Assembly (NCBI GenBank): GCA_963712435.1
Contig: CAVQIB010000007.1
Location: 866-64,865, forward strand
DNA: 64,000 nucleotides
DNA from: an uncultured Alphaproteobacteria bacterium
GTDB taxonomy: Bacteria; Pseudomonadota; Alphaproteobacteria; Rhizobiales; Xanthobacteraceae
Reading direction: 5' to 3'
Shown: positions 45,092-56,520 of the stretch, in pieces
Layout: each line of letters begins with the position of its first letter
How positions within the stretch are numbered: position 1 is the first letter of the stretch
Position numbers and translations under genes: made by a program
The notes under the pieces: generated by a model
Told to the model about the DNA's origin: nothing
The model's input: the letters and a program-made list of their open reading frames with translations, nothing else
The model's database searches: none

Positions 45092-46018
45092 ATGGCATAT
45101 TGGCGGAACGCTGCGATGGCTTCGGTCATCGCCGGGGCGATGCTGCTGTCGCATGGCGCGACGACGCCGGCAGAGGGCGAGACCGCCGGCGTTCCGCCGA
45201 CCAGGCCGGTCGCCAAGCCCGTCACGGCGCGCGCGTGCGATCCGGCGGCCTTCCGCGTCATTCTCGATGTCGGCCATACCGCGGAGGTTCCGGGCGCCAA
45301 GAGCGCGCGCGGCGCGTTCGAATACGAGTTCAACCTTCGCCTCGCCAAGGCGATCGAACGCGACCTGCTCGCCGCCGGCTTCGCGCGGACCGTGCTCATG
45401 GTCACCGCCGAGCCGCCGCGCCGCGGCCTGTTCAAGCGCGTCTCTTATGCCGCGGATTTGACGGGGGATCTCTTTCTCTCCGTCCACCACGATTCGGTGC
45501 CGGACTCGTTCCTGGAGAAATGGGAGTTCGACGGCCAGGAGCGGTTCTATTGCGATCGCTTCAGCGGCCATTCGATCTTCGTCGCCAACGACAACGGCGC
45601 GCGGAATGCGAGCCTCCTGTTCGGCCGACTGCTCGGCCTGCAATTGAAGGCGCGCGGCCTGCGCTACACGCCGCATTACACCCAGGCCTTCATGGGCCAT
45701 CGGCGGCGCGACCTCCTCGACGCGGAAGCGGGCGTCTACCGCTACGACCAGCTCGTCGTCCTGAAGGAGACGCGCATGCCGGCCGTCCTTCTGGAGGCGG
45801 GGTCGATCATCAATCGCGACGAGGAGTTGGCGTTGACGACGCCCGAGCGCCAGGCGGTCATCAGCGCCGCGGTGACCGATGCGGTGAAGGCGTTTTGCGC
45901 AAGCCGTGCGCCGCGCCCGCCGCTGGTGGCGCGCCGACCGCTGCCCTCTCATGCCGCCTCGAAAGCGACGCACCTGCCGGCCGCGGCGCAGCCCGCGAGC
46001 GCGCTCCCGCCGCAATAA
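45092..46018 (+). CDS. N-acetylmuramoyl-L-alanine amidase (Amidase_3)
   Basis: ILDVGH..EYEFN, FLSVHHD, PAVLLEAGSIIN. Confidence 0.92.
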   Translation: MAYWRNAAMASVIAGAMLLSHGATTPAEGETAGVPPTRPVAKPVTARACDPAAFRVILDVGHTAEVPGAKSARGAFEYEFNLRLAKAIERDLLAAGFARTVLMVTAEPPRRGLFKRVSYAADLTGDLFLSVHHDSVPDSFLEKWEFDGQERFYCDRFSGHSIFVANDNGARNASLLFGRLLGLQLKARGLRYTPHYTQAFMGHRRRDLLDAEAGVYRYDQLVVLKETRMPAVLLEAGSIINRDEELALTTPERQAVISAAVTDAVKAFCASRAPRPPLVARRPLPSHAASKATHLPAAAQPASALPPQ

Positions 46019-46058
46019 CGCAGAGCGCTCCTTGTCGACCCAAGCCGGCCGGAGAGGC

Positions 46059-46313
46059 TCAGCTCGGCTGCTTCTTCTTGCCGGTCGGTCCTTTGCCCAT
46101 GCAGGCGTCGATGTCGTCCGCGCGCGCCTGCCCTCCCATCCGCGGGTTGCGCGCATAGGATTGCTTGCAGCACGCGCGGTAGGACGCCGGGCCATACGCG
46201 CACACGACGCCGCCTTGCGCGGCCGCCGGCCCGCTCGCCGCCACCGCAGCGATGCCGATGATGATTGTCGCCAGGGCGAACGCGCCTGCCAAGCCGAGCC
46301 GCAGAACCATCAT
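46059..46313 (-). CDS. Small secreted Cys-rich protein
   Basis: GGAG RBS; signal peptide; CAYGPASYRACC..DAC. Confidence 0.65.
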   Translation of the reverse strand: MMVLRLGLAGAFALATIIIGIAAVAASGPAAAQGGVVCAYGPASYRACCKQSYARNPRMGGQARADDIDACMGKGPTGKKKQPS

Positions 46314-46491
46314 GGACTCCCCTCGTCTTTTCTCGGACGAACGTCCGTTGAGCCGGCGATGATAGACCAGCCCCGGCGCGCCGGCCAGCGCCCGCCGTCT
46401 CCAGCGAAAACCCTTTTCTCTTGTCGGACGCGGCCTATGTTAACCCTTAGTTGAAGCCGAATGTGAAGGTCGGCGAACGGGAGGCGGCCCG

Positions 46492-46941
46492 ATGGCGATT
46501 GCGTTGACGGGAGAGGTTCAGTTGCCGGCGGCGCGCGACGCCGTCTGGGCGAAGCTCAACGACCCCGAGGTCCTGCGGACCTGCATTCCGGGCTGCGAGC
46601 TTCTGGACAAGCTGTCCGACACCGAATTCCAGGCGATCGCCGTCACCAAGATCGGTCCGGTGAAGGCGCGCTGGAAGGGCAAGGTTCGCCTCACCGATCT
46701 CGACCCGCCGAACAGCTACCGGATTTCCGGCGATGGCGAAGGCGGCATCGCCGGCTTCGCCAAGGGCGGCGCCGCCGTGCTGCTCGTCGACAAGGAGGGC
46801 GGCACGCTCCTGTCCTATACCGCGGAGGCGCAGATCGGCGGCAAGATCGCCCAGCTCGGGCAGCGACTCGTCGTCGGCGCCTCGAAAAAGCTCGCGGCGG
46901 AGTTCTTCACCAAATTTGCCTCGGCGGTAAGCTCCGCCTAG
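46492..46941 (+). CDS. coxG: CoxG/SRPBCC-family protein
   Basis: VWAKLNDPEVLRTCIPGCE..GGKIAQLGQRL. Confidence 0.9.
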   Translation: MAIALTGEVQLPAARDAVWAKLNDPEVLRTCIPGCELLDKLSDTEFQAIAVTKIGPVKARWKGKVRLTDLDPPNSYRISGDGEGGIAGFAKGGAAVLLVDKEGGTLLSYTAEAQIGGKIAQLGQRLVVGASKKLAAEFFTKFASAVSSA

Positions 46942-47008
46942 GAGTCGCCTGCGCCGTTATCGGACCGCCACGCCGACCGCCGAGCTCCGCCTGCGCAAGG
47001 ACTACGCC

Positions 47009-47788
47009 ATGCCCGTAATTCTCTCCGACGGTTGCCCCATTCATGTGGAGGTCGAAGGACCCGCAACCGCGCCCGTGCTGATGCTGTCGAACTCGCTCGG
47101 GGTCGATCTCTCGATGTGGGCGCCGCAGCTCGCGCCGTTCGCCCGGCATTTCCGGGTGGTGCGCTACGACCGGCGCGGACACGGGCGCTCAGGCGTCCCG
47201 CCCGGCCCCTACGCCATGGAGCAGCTTGCCCGCGACGATCTCGCGATCATGGACGGGCTCGGCCTTGCCAAGGTGAATTTCTGCGGAATCTCAATGGGCG
47301 GGATGGTTGGGCAATGGCTCGGCGCGTTCGCGCCGGAACGCATCGACAGGCTCGTTCTGGCCAACACGTCGAGCTACTTCCCGCTCAAGGATCCGTGGAA
47401 CGAACGAATCAAGGCGGTGCGCGCGGGCGGCATCGCCGCCGTCGCCGACACCGTGCTCGGCCTGTGGTTCACCAAGGATTTTCACGCGCGCGAGCCGGCG
47501 ACGGTCGCGCGGTTCCGCGCGATGATGGTGTCGACCCCGCTCGAAGGGTATGTCGGCTGCGCGGCGGCCGTCCGCGACATGGACCACCGCGACATCCTCG
47601 CCAAGATCAAGGCGCCGACCCTCGTGATCGCCGGCCGCCACGACAACTCGACGACCCTCGATGCCTCCGAGTTCATCGGCAGCCGGATCGCCGGGGCAAA
47701 GCTCACCATCCTCGAAGCGGCCCACATTTCCAATGTCGAGCAGGCCGCGGCCTTCAATGCGGAGGCGCTCGGCTTCCTCACGGCGTAA
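47009..47788 (+). CDS. pcaD: 3-oxoadipate enol-lactonase
   Basis: LSNSLGVDLSMW, RYDRRGHGRS, GISMGG, AAHISNVEQ. Confidence 0.92.
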   Translation: MPVILSDGCPIHVEVEGPATAPVLMLSNSLGVDLSMWAPQLAPFARHFRVVRYDRRGHGRSGVPPGPYAMEQLARDDLAIMDGLGLAKVNFCGISMGGMVGQWLGAFAPERIDRLVLANTSSYFPLKDPWNERIKAVRAGGIAAVADTVLGLWFTKDFHAREPATVARFRAMMVSTPLEGYVGCAAAVRDMDHRDILAKIKAPTLVIAGRHDNSTTLDASEFIGSRIAGAKLTILEAAHISNVEQAAAFNAEALGFLTA

Positions 47789-47999
47789 GGCGCATCTGAC
47801 GGCGTGAGAAGGGGATGTCGATTGCGCGGCGAGGCCGGCCGCGCATCGCAGACGCCGTCCCGCCGTGCGCCGGCGCTTCCTCGTTGCCGCGCCGACAAGG
47901 CCCTGTTACCTTCCGGTTGGCGAAGCGGTCCCGGCGACGCCTGGGAGCTGCGATGACGCGGCGGAAACCGGCGGGCTCCAGCAAAGGCACGGCGGACGA

Positions 48000-48917
48000 A
48001 TGGAAGTTTTTGTCCAGCAGCTCATCAACGGGATCACGCTCGGCTCGATCTACGGCCTGATCGCGATCGGCTACACGATGGTGTTCGGCATCATCGGCAT
48101 GGTCAATTTCGCCCATGGCGACGTGTTCATGGTGTCCACTTTCATCGCGCTGATCACCTTCCTGGTGCTCACGCTGTGGCTCGGCGTCGGCTCGGTCGCG
48201 CTCGCGCTCCTGATCGTCCTCGTCGTCGCGATGGTGCTGACCTCGCTGCTCAACTGGGCGATCGAGCGGTTCGCCTATCGGCCGCTGCGCGGCTCGTTCC
48301 GGCTCGCCCCGCTGATTTCGGCGATCGGGATGTCGATCTTCCTGATGAACTTCGTCCAGGTCGTGCAAGGTCCGCGCAACAAATCGATCCCGCCGCTGAT
48401 TCCCGGCGAGTTCGTGCTGATGCACGAAGGCGGCTACCAGGTGACGCTGTCCTACAAGCAACTGATGGTGTGGGGCGTCACGGCCGTGCTGCTGGCCGCT
48501 TTCTGGTATGTCGTGAGCCGCACCGCGCTCGGCCGCGCGCAGCGCGCCTGCGAGCAGGACCAGAAGATGGCCGCCCTGCTCGGGGTCGATGTCGACCGCA
48601 CGATCTCGGTCACCTTCATCATCGGCGCGGCGCTCGCCGCCGTCGCCGGCACGATGTATCTCATGTATTACGGCGTCATCAATTTCGCCGACGGCTTCAC
48701 GCCGGGGGTGAAGGCCTTCACGGCGGCGGTGCTCGGCGGCATCGGCTCATTGCCCGGCGCGGTGCTGGGCGGCCTCTTGATCGGTCTCGTCGAGACCATG
48801 TGGTCGGCGTATTTCTCGATCGACTACAAGGACGTCGCCGCCTTCTCGCTGCTCGCGATCACGCTGATCTTCCTGCCCCAGGGCATTCTCGGCCGGCCCG
48901 ACGTGGAGAAGGTCTAG
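48000..48917 (+). CDS. livH: Branched-chain amino acid ABC permease
   Basis: QQLINGITLGSIYGLIAIGYTMVFGIIGMVNFAHG. Confidence 0.96.
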   Translation: MEVFVQQLINGITLGSIYGLIAIGYTMVFGIIGMVNFAHGDVFMVSTFIALITFLVLTLWLGVGSVALALLIVLVVAMVLTSLLNWAIERFAYRPLRGSFRLAPLISAIGMSIFLMNFVQVVQGPRNKSIPPLIPGEFVLMHEGGYQVTLSYKQLMVWGVTAVLLAAFWYVVSRTALGRAQRACEQDQKMAALLGVDVDRTISVTFIIGAALAAVAGTMYLMYYGVINFADGFTPGVKAFTAAVLGGIGSLPGAVLGGLLIGLVETMWSAYFSIDYKDVAAFSLLAITLIFLPQGILGRPDVEKV

Positions 48918-48925
48918 GCGTGCCG

Positions 48926-50313
<1,388 letters not shown>

Positions 50314-50317
<4 letters not shown>

Positions 50318-51221
50318 CGCCCGCAGCGCCGGCCCTGCTCGAAGTCGAGCACCTGACCATGCGCTTCGGCGGACTGATCGCCGTCAACGACCTCACCTTT
50401 TCCGCCAGACGATCCGAGATCACCGCCCTGATCGGACCGAACGGCGCGGGCAAGACCACGGTGTTCAACTGCATCACCGGCTTCTACAAGCCGACCGAAG
50501 GGCGGATCGGCCTCGCGCATGGCGACCCGCGGCTGTGGAACGAGCTCGACGCGCTGACGCTCGGCGGCGAACGCAAGCTCGCGCGGGCGGACGGCACGCT
50601 GTTCCTGCTCGAACGCATGCCCGAATATCTCGTCGCGCATCGCGCCAAGGTCGCCCGCACGTTCCAGAACATCCGCCTGTTCTCCGGCATGACCGTGCTG
50701 GAAAACCTGCTCGTCGCCCAGCACAATCCGCTGATGGCCGCGTCCGGCTACACGCTGCTCGGCGTGCTCGGGATCGGCGGCTATCGCCGCGCCGAACGCG
50801 CCGCGATCGAGAAGGCGCGCCAATGGCTCGCCCGCATCGACCTGCTCGATCGCGCGGACGATCCCGCCGGCGCGCTCCCCTACGGGGCGCAGCGCCGGCT
50901 GGAGATCGCCCGGGCCATGTGCACCGATCCGGTGCTGCTGTGCCTGGACGAGCCCGCGGCGGGACTGAACCCGCGGGAAACCGCCGCGCTCAATGCGCTC
51001 ATCCTGTCGATCCGCGGCGAGCATGCGACCTCGGTCCTGCTGATCGAGCACGACATGTCGGTGGTGATGGAGATCTCCGACCACGTCGTCGTGCTCGATT
51101 ACGGCGTCAAGATCGCCGACGGTCCGCCCGCGGCGGTGCGCAACGACGAGAAGGTCATCGCCGCCTATCTCGGCGTCGCCGACGAGGAGGTCAGCAATCG
51201 CAAGCGGAGGTCGGGCTGTGA
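50314..51221 (+). CDS. livG: Branched-chain amino acid ABC ATPase
   Basis: GPNGAGKTT, LPYGAQRRLEIAR, LDEPAAG; 3' end frameshifted. Confidence 0.93.
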
Positions 51222-51313
51222 GCCTCGAACATTGCTCGATCGACGCACCTCCTCCCCCGTGAATCGCCCGATCTCGCGGCCTGCCGGCGGCAAGGCCGCC
51301 CCATGCTGAGCGC

Positions 51314-52018
51314 GTGCGCGGGGTGAAGACCTTCTACGGCAGCATCTGCGCGCTGAAGGGCGTCGATGTCGACGTGTACGAAGGCGAGATCGTCACGCTG
51401 ATCGGGGCGAACGGCGCCGGCAAGTCGACGCTGATGATGACGATCTTCGCCAGTCCGCGCGCGCGCGAGGGCCGCATCATTTTCGCCGGACGCGACATCA
51501 CCGATCTGCCGACGCATGAGATCGCCCGCATCCGCATCGCGCAGGCGCCGGAAGGCCGGCGCATCTTCGCGCGCATGACCGTGCTGGAGAATCTGCAGAT
51601 GGGCGCGGTCGCCGCGGGCGACGAGGACGGCGAGTCGCAGCTCGACCACGTGCTCGGCCTGTTTCCGCGGCTTGCCGAGCGGCTGTCGCAGCGCGGCGGC
51701 ACGCTGTCCGGCGGCGAGCAGCAGATGCTCGCGATCGCCCGCGCGCTGATGAGCCGGCCGCGCCTGCTGCTGCTCGACGAGCCCTCGCTCGGCCTCGCGC
51801 CGCTGGTCGCGCAGCAGATCTTCGACATCGTCCGCGAACTCAACGAGCGCCATCATCTCACCGTGTTCCTGGTCGAGCAGAACGCCTATCACGCGCTCAA
51901 GCTCGCGCATCGCGGCTATGTGATGGTCAACGGCGCGATCACGATGAGCGGCGCCGGCCGCGAGCTGCTGGAACGGCCGGAGGTGCGCGCCGCCTATCTC
52001 GAGGGCGGACGGCATTAA
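51314..52018 (+). CDS. livF: Branched-chain amino acid ABC ATPase (true start probably slightly upstream)
   Basis: GANGAGKST, LSGGEQQML, LDEPSLGLAP. Confidence 0.93.
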   Translation: MRGVKTFYGSICALKGVDVDVYEGEIVTLIGANGAGKSTLMMTIFASPRAREGRIIFAGRDITDLPTHEIARIRIAQAPEGRRIFARMTVLENLQMGAVAAGDEDGESQLDHVLGLFPRLAERLSQRGGTLSGGEQQMLAIARALMSRPRLLLLDEPSLGLAPLVAQQIFDIVRELNERHHLTVFLVEQNAYHALKLAHRGYVMVNGAITMSGAGRELLERPEVRAAYLEGGRH

Positions 52019-52086
52019 CGGTAGCAAAGGGACTAACGAATAGAGCGGCGGCACCTCCCCAAAAAAGGCAGGGCAATCGCATTTGA

Positions 52087-52197
52087 CTTCACCCTCCCCT
52101 GAAGGGGAGGGTCGGATCATCGCAGAGGGTCCGGGGAGGGGTCGCGAGCCGCTTGCGACCCTCACCCCAACCCTCCCCCTTCCAGCGGGAGGGGGCT
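52087..52197. repeat. RIME/REP-like intergenic palindromic element
   Basis: ACCCTCCCC-TGAA-GGGGAGGGT, GGGTCGC..GCGACCC and CCCTCACCCCAACCCTCCCCC motif. Confidence 0.7.
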
Positions 52198-52281
52198 GCA
52201 ACGTTGCGTCCGATGGGCCGGGTCGTTGTCAGAGTGGGAACAAGCGGCGGAGTGAGCACACCAGTTAGGACGGCTTCTGCG

Positions 52282-52618
52282 ATGCACCTTTATCTCTACG
52301 AAGAAGACTCCTTCGGCACGTTCCTGCTCGTCTCGGTGATTCTCGGCGGCGGCTGCGCCTGGCTCGCCGCGCGGGCGATCGCGCAGACCTGGCGGCCGTG
52401 GTGGCATCTCGTGCTGTACATGCTCGTGCTCGGGTTCGCGGTGCGCTTCTTTCACTACGCGCTGTTCGGCGGCACGCTGTCGTCGCTCTACTATTATGTC
52501 GGTGGACACCGCGATCCTGATCGCGATCGCGCTCGCGGGCTACCGCAATACCCGCCGCCAACAGATGGCGCGGCAATACGGATTCCTCGCCCGGCCGGCG
52601 CAGCGGCCGCAACCCTGA
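52282..52618 (+). CDS. Small membrane protein of rhizobial liv operons (DUF6867-like; frameshifted)
   Basis: FLLVSVILGGGCAWLAARAIAQTWRPWW..AVRFFHYALFGGTLSS..TRRQQMARQY. Confidence 0.8.
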
Positions 52619-52730
52619 CGCGCGGCACAGGGCCGCGCTTGCCGCGGCGTGACTTTCCTGCGCAATTTCGTATCAATCAGGCATTTGGCGCTCGACCAAC
52701 CCGCGCAAGCCATTTCGGAGGACAATCGAC

Positions 52731-53885
52731 ATGATCCACCGCACGACCCTCGCCCTGGCGCTCGGCCTCGCTCTTGCGATGGCGGGCAGCGCGCATGCCC
52801 AGGTCAAGTTCGGCGTCGCGGGCCCCTTGACCGGCGGCAGCGCGGCCTTCGGCGCCCAGCTCAAGCAGGGCGTCGAGCAGGCGGTCGACGACATCAACGC
52901 GGCGGGCGGCATCCTCGGCCAGAAGATCGAGCTCAGCGTCGGCGACGACCGCGGCGATCCCAAGGAAGGCGTCTCGGTCGCCAACAAGTTCGCCGCCGAC
53001 GGCGTGAAGTTCGTCATCGGCCACTTCAACTCCGGCGTCACCATGCCCTCGTCCGAAGTCCTGCAGGACAACGGCATCCTGGCGATCACGCCGGCGGCCA
53101 CCAATCCGCGCATCACCGAGCGCGGCCTGTGGAACATTTTCCGCGTCTGCGGGCGCGACGACCAGCAGGGCGGCATGGCGGGCGCGATCATCGCCGACAA
53201 GTTCAAGGGCAAGCGCATCGCCGTCGTCCACGACAAGACCACCTACGGCCAGGGCCTCGCCGACGAGACGCGCAAGGCGCTCAACGCCAAGGGCGTCAAG
53301 GAGGTCATGTATGAGGGCGTCAACAAGGACGACAAGGACTTCACCGCGCTCGTCTCCAAGCTGAAGGCGGCCAACCCCGACCTCGTCTATTGGGGCGGGC
53401 TGCACGACACCGGCGGCATCATCCTGCGGCAGATGCGCGACCAGGGCCTGCGCGCGCCGATGATGGGCGGCGACGGGCTCGCCGACGACGAGTTCGCCGC
53501 GATCGCCGGCCCCGGCGCCGACGGCACGCTGATGACGTTCTCGCCCGACCCGCGCACCAACCCGAAGAACAAGACGATCGTCGACCTGTTCCGCAAGCGC
53601 GGGTTCGAGCCGCAGGCCTACACGCTGTACAGCTACGCCGCGGTGCAGATCATGAAGCAGGCGGCGGAAGAGGCGAAGTCGCTCGATCCCAAGAAGGTGG
53701 CCGAGGTGATCCGCTCCGGCCGGCCGTTCGACACCGTGCTCGGCACGCTCTCCTTCGACAAGAAGGGCGACGTGTCCGACAACGGCTATCTGGTCGACGG
53801 CAAGAAGAAGGACCGCTACGTGCTCTACACCTGGAAAAAGGGCCCGGACGGCAGGATTTCCTATTTCGAGGACGGGGCGGAGTAG
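52731..53885 (+). CDS. livK: Branched-chain amino acid ABC substrate-binding protein
   Basis: GVAGPLTG..DINAAGGILG, GHFNSG, HDKTTYGQGLA. Confidence 0.95.
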   Translation: MIHRTTLALALGLALAMAGSAHAQVKFGVAGPLTGGSAAFGAQLKQGVEQAVDDINAAGGILGQKIELSVGDDRGDPKEGVSVANKFAADGVKFVIGHFNSGVTMPSSEVLQDNGILAITPAATNPRITERGLWNIFRVCGRDDQQGGMAGAIIADKFKGKRIAVVHDKTTYGQGLADETRKALNAKGVKEVMYEGVNKDDKDFTALVSKLKAANPDLVYWGGLHDTGGIILRQMRDQGLRAPMMGGDGLADDEFAAIAGPGADGTLMTFSPDPRTNPKNKTIVDLFRKRGFEPQAYTLYSYAAVQIMKQAAEEAKSLDPKKVAEVIRSGRPFDTVLGTLSFDKKGDVSDNGYLVDGKKKDRYVLYTWKKGPDGRISYFEDGAE

Positions 53886-53905
53886 CGTTTCGCACAAATG
53901 GATTT

Positions 53906-53950
53906 GCGGTCGGGGGCGCATGCGCCCCCGATGCTTTTCAGCGATAGGTT
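53906..53950. repeat. 45-bp direct repeat, copy 1, with a perfect 22-bp palindrome (terminator-like)
   Basis: GCGGTCGGGGGCGCATGCGCCCCCGATGCTTTTCAGCGATAGGTT. Confidence 0.9.
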
Positions 53951-53984
53951 CTAGAGGATCAGAGCGCGACCGCGGCGCGAGCGG

Positions 53985-55505
53985 CGGCACCGCGCTCATC
54001 GAGGTCAAGGAGACCACGCTCGACCCCGAGAAGGCCGGAGCGTCTTCCTCGCCTGGCTCGACGGCGGCGCTCGCGCTCAAGGCGTCGCTGCCGCCCGACC
54101 CGCTCACCATCCGGATCGAGCTCGGCCAGGATTTGGTCGCCTTCCGGCGCGCCAACGAAGAGCTTGCGGCGCTCTGGGCGCAAGCTCGAAGGACGACCCG
54201 GCCGTCGCGCTGAAGCGGCAGCTCTGGGCGCAGCTCCTCAAGCTGGTCTACGGGCGCGAGGTCGAGAGCGACGCGCTGTGGTTCCAGCACACCTTCCTCG
54301 TGATCGTTGCGAAGGCGATCGCGCTCGCCGTGCTCGGCCTCCGCGACGACGACCCGAAGCGCGTGCTGTCCGGCGCGGCCTTCGAGGCGGCTGGCATCTA
54401 CGGCGCGGTCGAGAGCGACTTCTTCGACTGGGTGGTCGCAGACGCCGACGGCGAGGCGCTGGTTCGCCGCATCCTCGACTCATGTCCGCCGCTTCCGGCT
54501 CGGCGAGGTCGAAAGCGACGTGCTCAAGATCCTCTACGAGTCGCTGATCGACCGCGACGAGCGGCACGGGCTCGGCGAGTACTACACGCCGGACTGGCTC
54601 GCCGCGCAAGATCGTCCGGCGGCGCCGTCGACCGCGCCGATCGAGCAGAGGGTGCTCGATCCGGCCTGCGGCTCGGGCACGTTCCTGTTTCACGCGATCC
54701 GGAACTTCCTCGCCGAGGCCGAGGAAGCAGGCCTGGAGCTGAAAGCTGCGGGCCGCGGAGGCGACCGACCACGTCGCCGGCATGGACATCCACCCGGTCG
54801 CCGTGATCATCGCCCGCGTGACCTATCTTCTGGCGCTCGCGCCCGGTCGCTCTCGAGCCGCGCGGGGTCGCTCTACGATTCCCGTCTATCTCGGCGACGC
54901 CATGCAGCTCTCGACCCAGCTCTGGATGAAGCGGCAAGGAGCTGGCCATCCGCGTCGCCGACCGCCCGGCGACGGTCGAGAGCGACAATGGCACGATCGG
55001 CCGCCGCAGCACCGAGCTGATGTTCCCCGAGATCCTCTGCAAAGACATCCGCCTGTTCGACAAGCTGGTCGCGCGGATGCGCCAGGGCGCCGAGCAGGGG
55101 CTGCACGCGCAAGCAGATCGAGCCGGTGTTCACGATCGAGATCGAGCGGCACTACAAGCGCGACATCACGCCGGCGGAAGCCGCACGGCGTGCATCGAGA
55201 TTCGGCGCCGCCTACGCGGTGTTCGACGAGCTGCGGCGGCAGGGCCGCGACTCGGTGTGGACCTATGTCGCGCGCAACCTGTCGCGGCCGCTGGCGCTCG
55301 CCTTCGGCACCGGCTGGGCCAACGTCGTCGTCGGCAACCCGCCCTGGGTCGCGTTGCGCCACATGATCGCCGACTTGCAGAAGCGCTTCAGCGAGCTGGC
55401 CAAGGGCGAGCGGGTCCATGTCGGCGGCAAGTTCGCGCACGCAGAACGATCTTTCCGCCCTGTTCACGGTGCGCGCCGCCGCGCTTCTATCTTGCGCGCG
55501 GCGGT
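53985..55505 (+). pseudogene. Internal fragment of a type IIG-like restriction-modification / N6-adenine DNA methyltransferase gene
   Basis: LWFQHTFLVIVAK, ESDFFDW, LKILYESLIDRDERHGLGEYYTPDWLA, VLDPACGSGTFL, DIHPVAV, VVVGNPPW; no start or stop, many indels. Confidence 0.85.
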
Positions 55506-55545
55506 CGGGGGCGCATGCGCCCCCGACGCTTTTCAGCAATAGGTT
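55501..55545. repeat. 45-bp direct repeat, copy 2
   Basis: GCGGTCGGGGGCGCATGCGCCCCCGACGCTTTTCAGCAATAGGTT; 43 of 45 bases identical to copy 1. Confidence 0.9.
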
Positions 55546-55610
55546 AGCGGTTCGCAAAGGAACCGTGCGCGACCGCGGCGCCGCCTCCTGGACGGCGCGT
55601 GAGCACGCCC

Positions 55611-56343
55611 CTACCCGATCCGGCCCAGGGCCGGAAAAGCCTCCAGCAGCCAGAAGCTCGCGGTCGTCACCCAGCCGGTGAGGAAGGCGATGCCGGTGAG
55701 CACGAGCAGCACGCCCATCGCCTTCTCGACCCGGCCGAGGTGGCGCTTGAAACGGGCGAGGAAGGCCGCGAACGGCTCGATCGCAAACGCCGCGATCAGG
55801 AACGGGATGCCGAGCCCCGCCGAATAGAGCGCGAGCAGGCCCGCGCCCTTCAGCACCGTCTCCTTCGACGCCGCGACCGCAAGGATCGCCGCGAGCACCG
55901 GGCCGATGCACGGCGTCCAGCCGAAGGCGAAGGCAAGCCCCATCACATAGGCGCCCCACAGGCCGGCCGGGCGCGGCATCGGCGCGCGTTTCTCGCGCAA
56001 GAGGAAAGACACGCGCGTGAGCCCCCATGAAGTGCAGGCCCATCACGATGATCGCGATCCCGGCGATGATCGAGAGTTCATGCGAATAGCTGCGCATCAG
56101 CGAGCCGATCGCGCTCGCGCTCGCGCCGAGCGCGACGAACACGGTGGAGAAGCCGCACACGAACAGGAACGCCGCGATCACCGTCTCGCGCCGCACCCGC
56201 GGCTCGGGCTCGGCGTCGGAGAAGCGCTCGAGCGAGGTCCCGGCGAGATAGACGAGATAGGGCGGCACCAGCGGCAGCACGCAGGGCGAGAGGAAGCTCA
56301 CCAGGCCCGCGACCAGCGCCCAGTAGATGGTGACATCGTTCAT
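55611..56343 (-). CDS. ccdA: Cytochrome c biogenesis protein CcdA (frameshift near 56020)
   Basis: AGLVSFLSPCVLPLVPPYL and FAFGWTPCIGPVLAAIL. Confidence 0.93.
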
Positions 56344-56520
56344 GGCGCTCACATGCGACGCGGCGGCTGCGAAGGCAAGCGCTGCAGGCGCACACCGGGC
56401 TTGCGTCCCTCCCCGGTGGCAAGCCGGGAGAGGTGACGCCGAACCCGACGCCACCGCGCTGCGGTTGACGCCTGCCGCGAAATCGTATCCGGTGCGCCGA
56501 AGCCCTTGTCGAACAATCGC

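Noticed and set aside
46492-46941. coxG as evidence of CO oxidation
   Set aside because: No coxMSL genes in the window; stand-alone CoxG/SRPBCC genes are common.
31620-47000. Genomic island integrated at tRNA-Gln
   Set aside because: No integrase next to the tRNA and no duplicated tRNA 3' end seen; most downstream genes have host-like composition.
53906-55545. Two palindromic repeats as a mini-CRISPR array
   Set aside because: Only two copies, 1.6 kb apart, with no cas genes.
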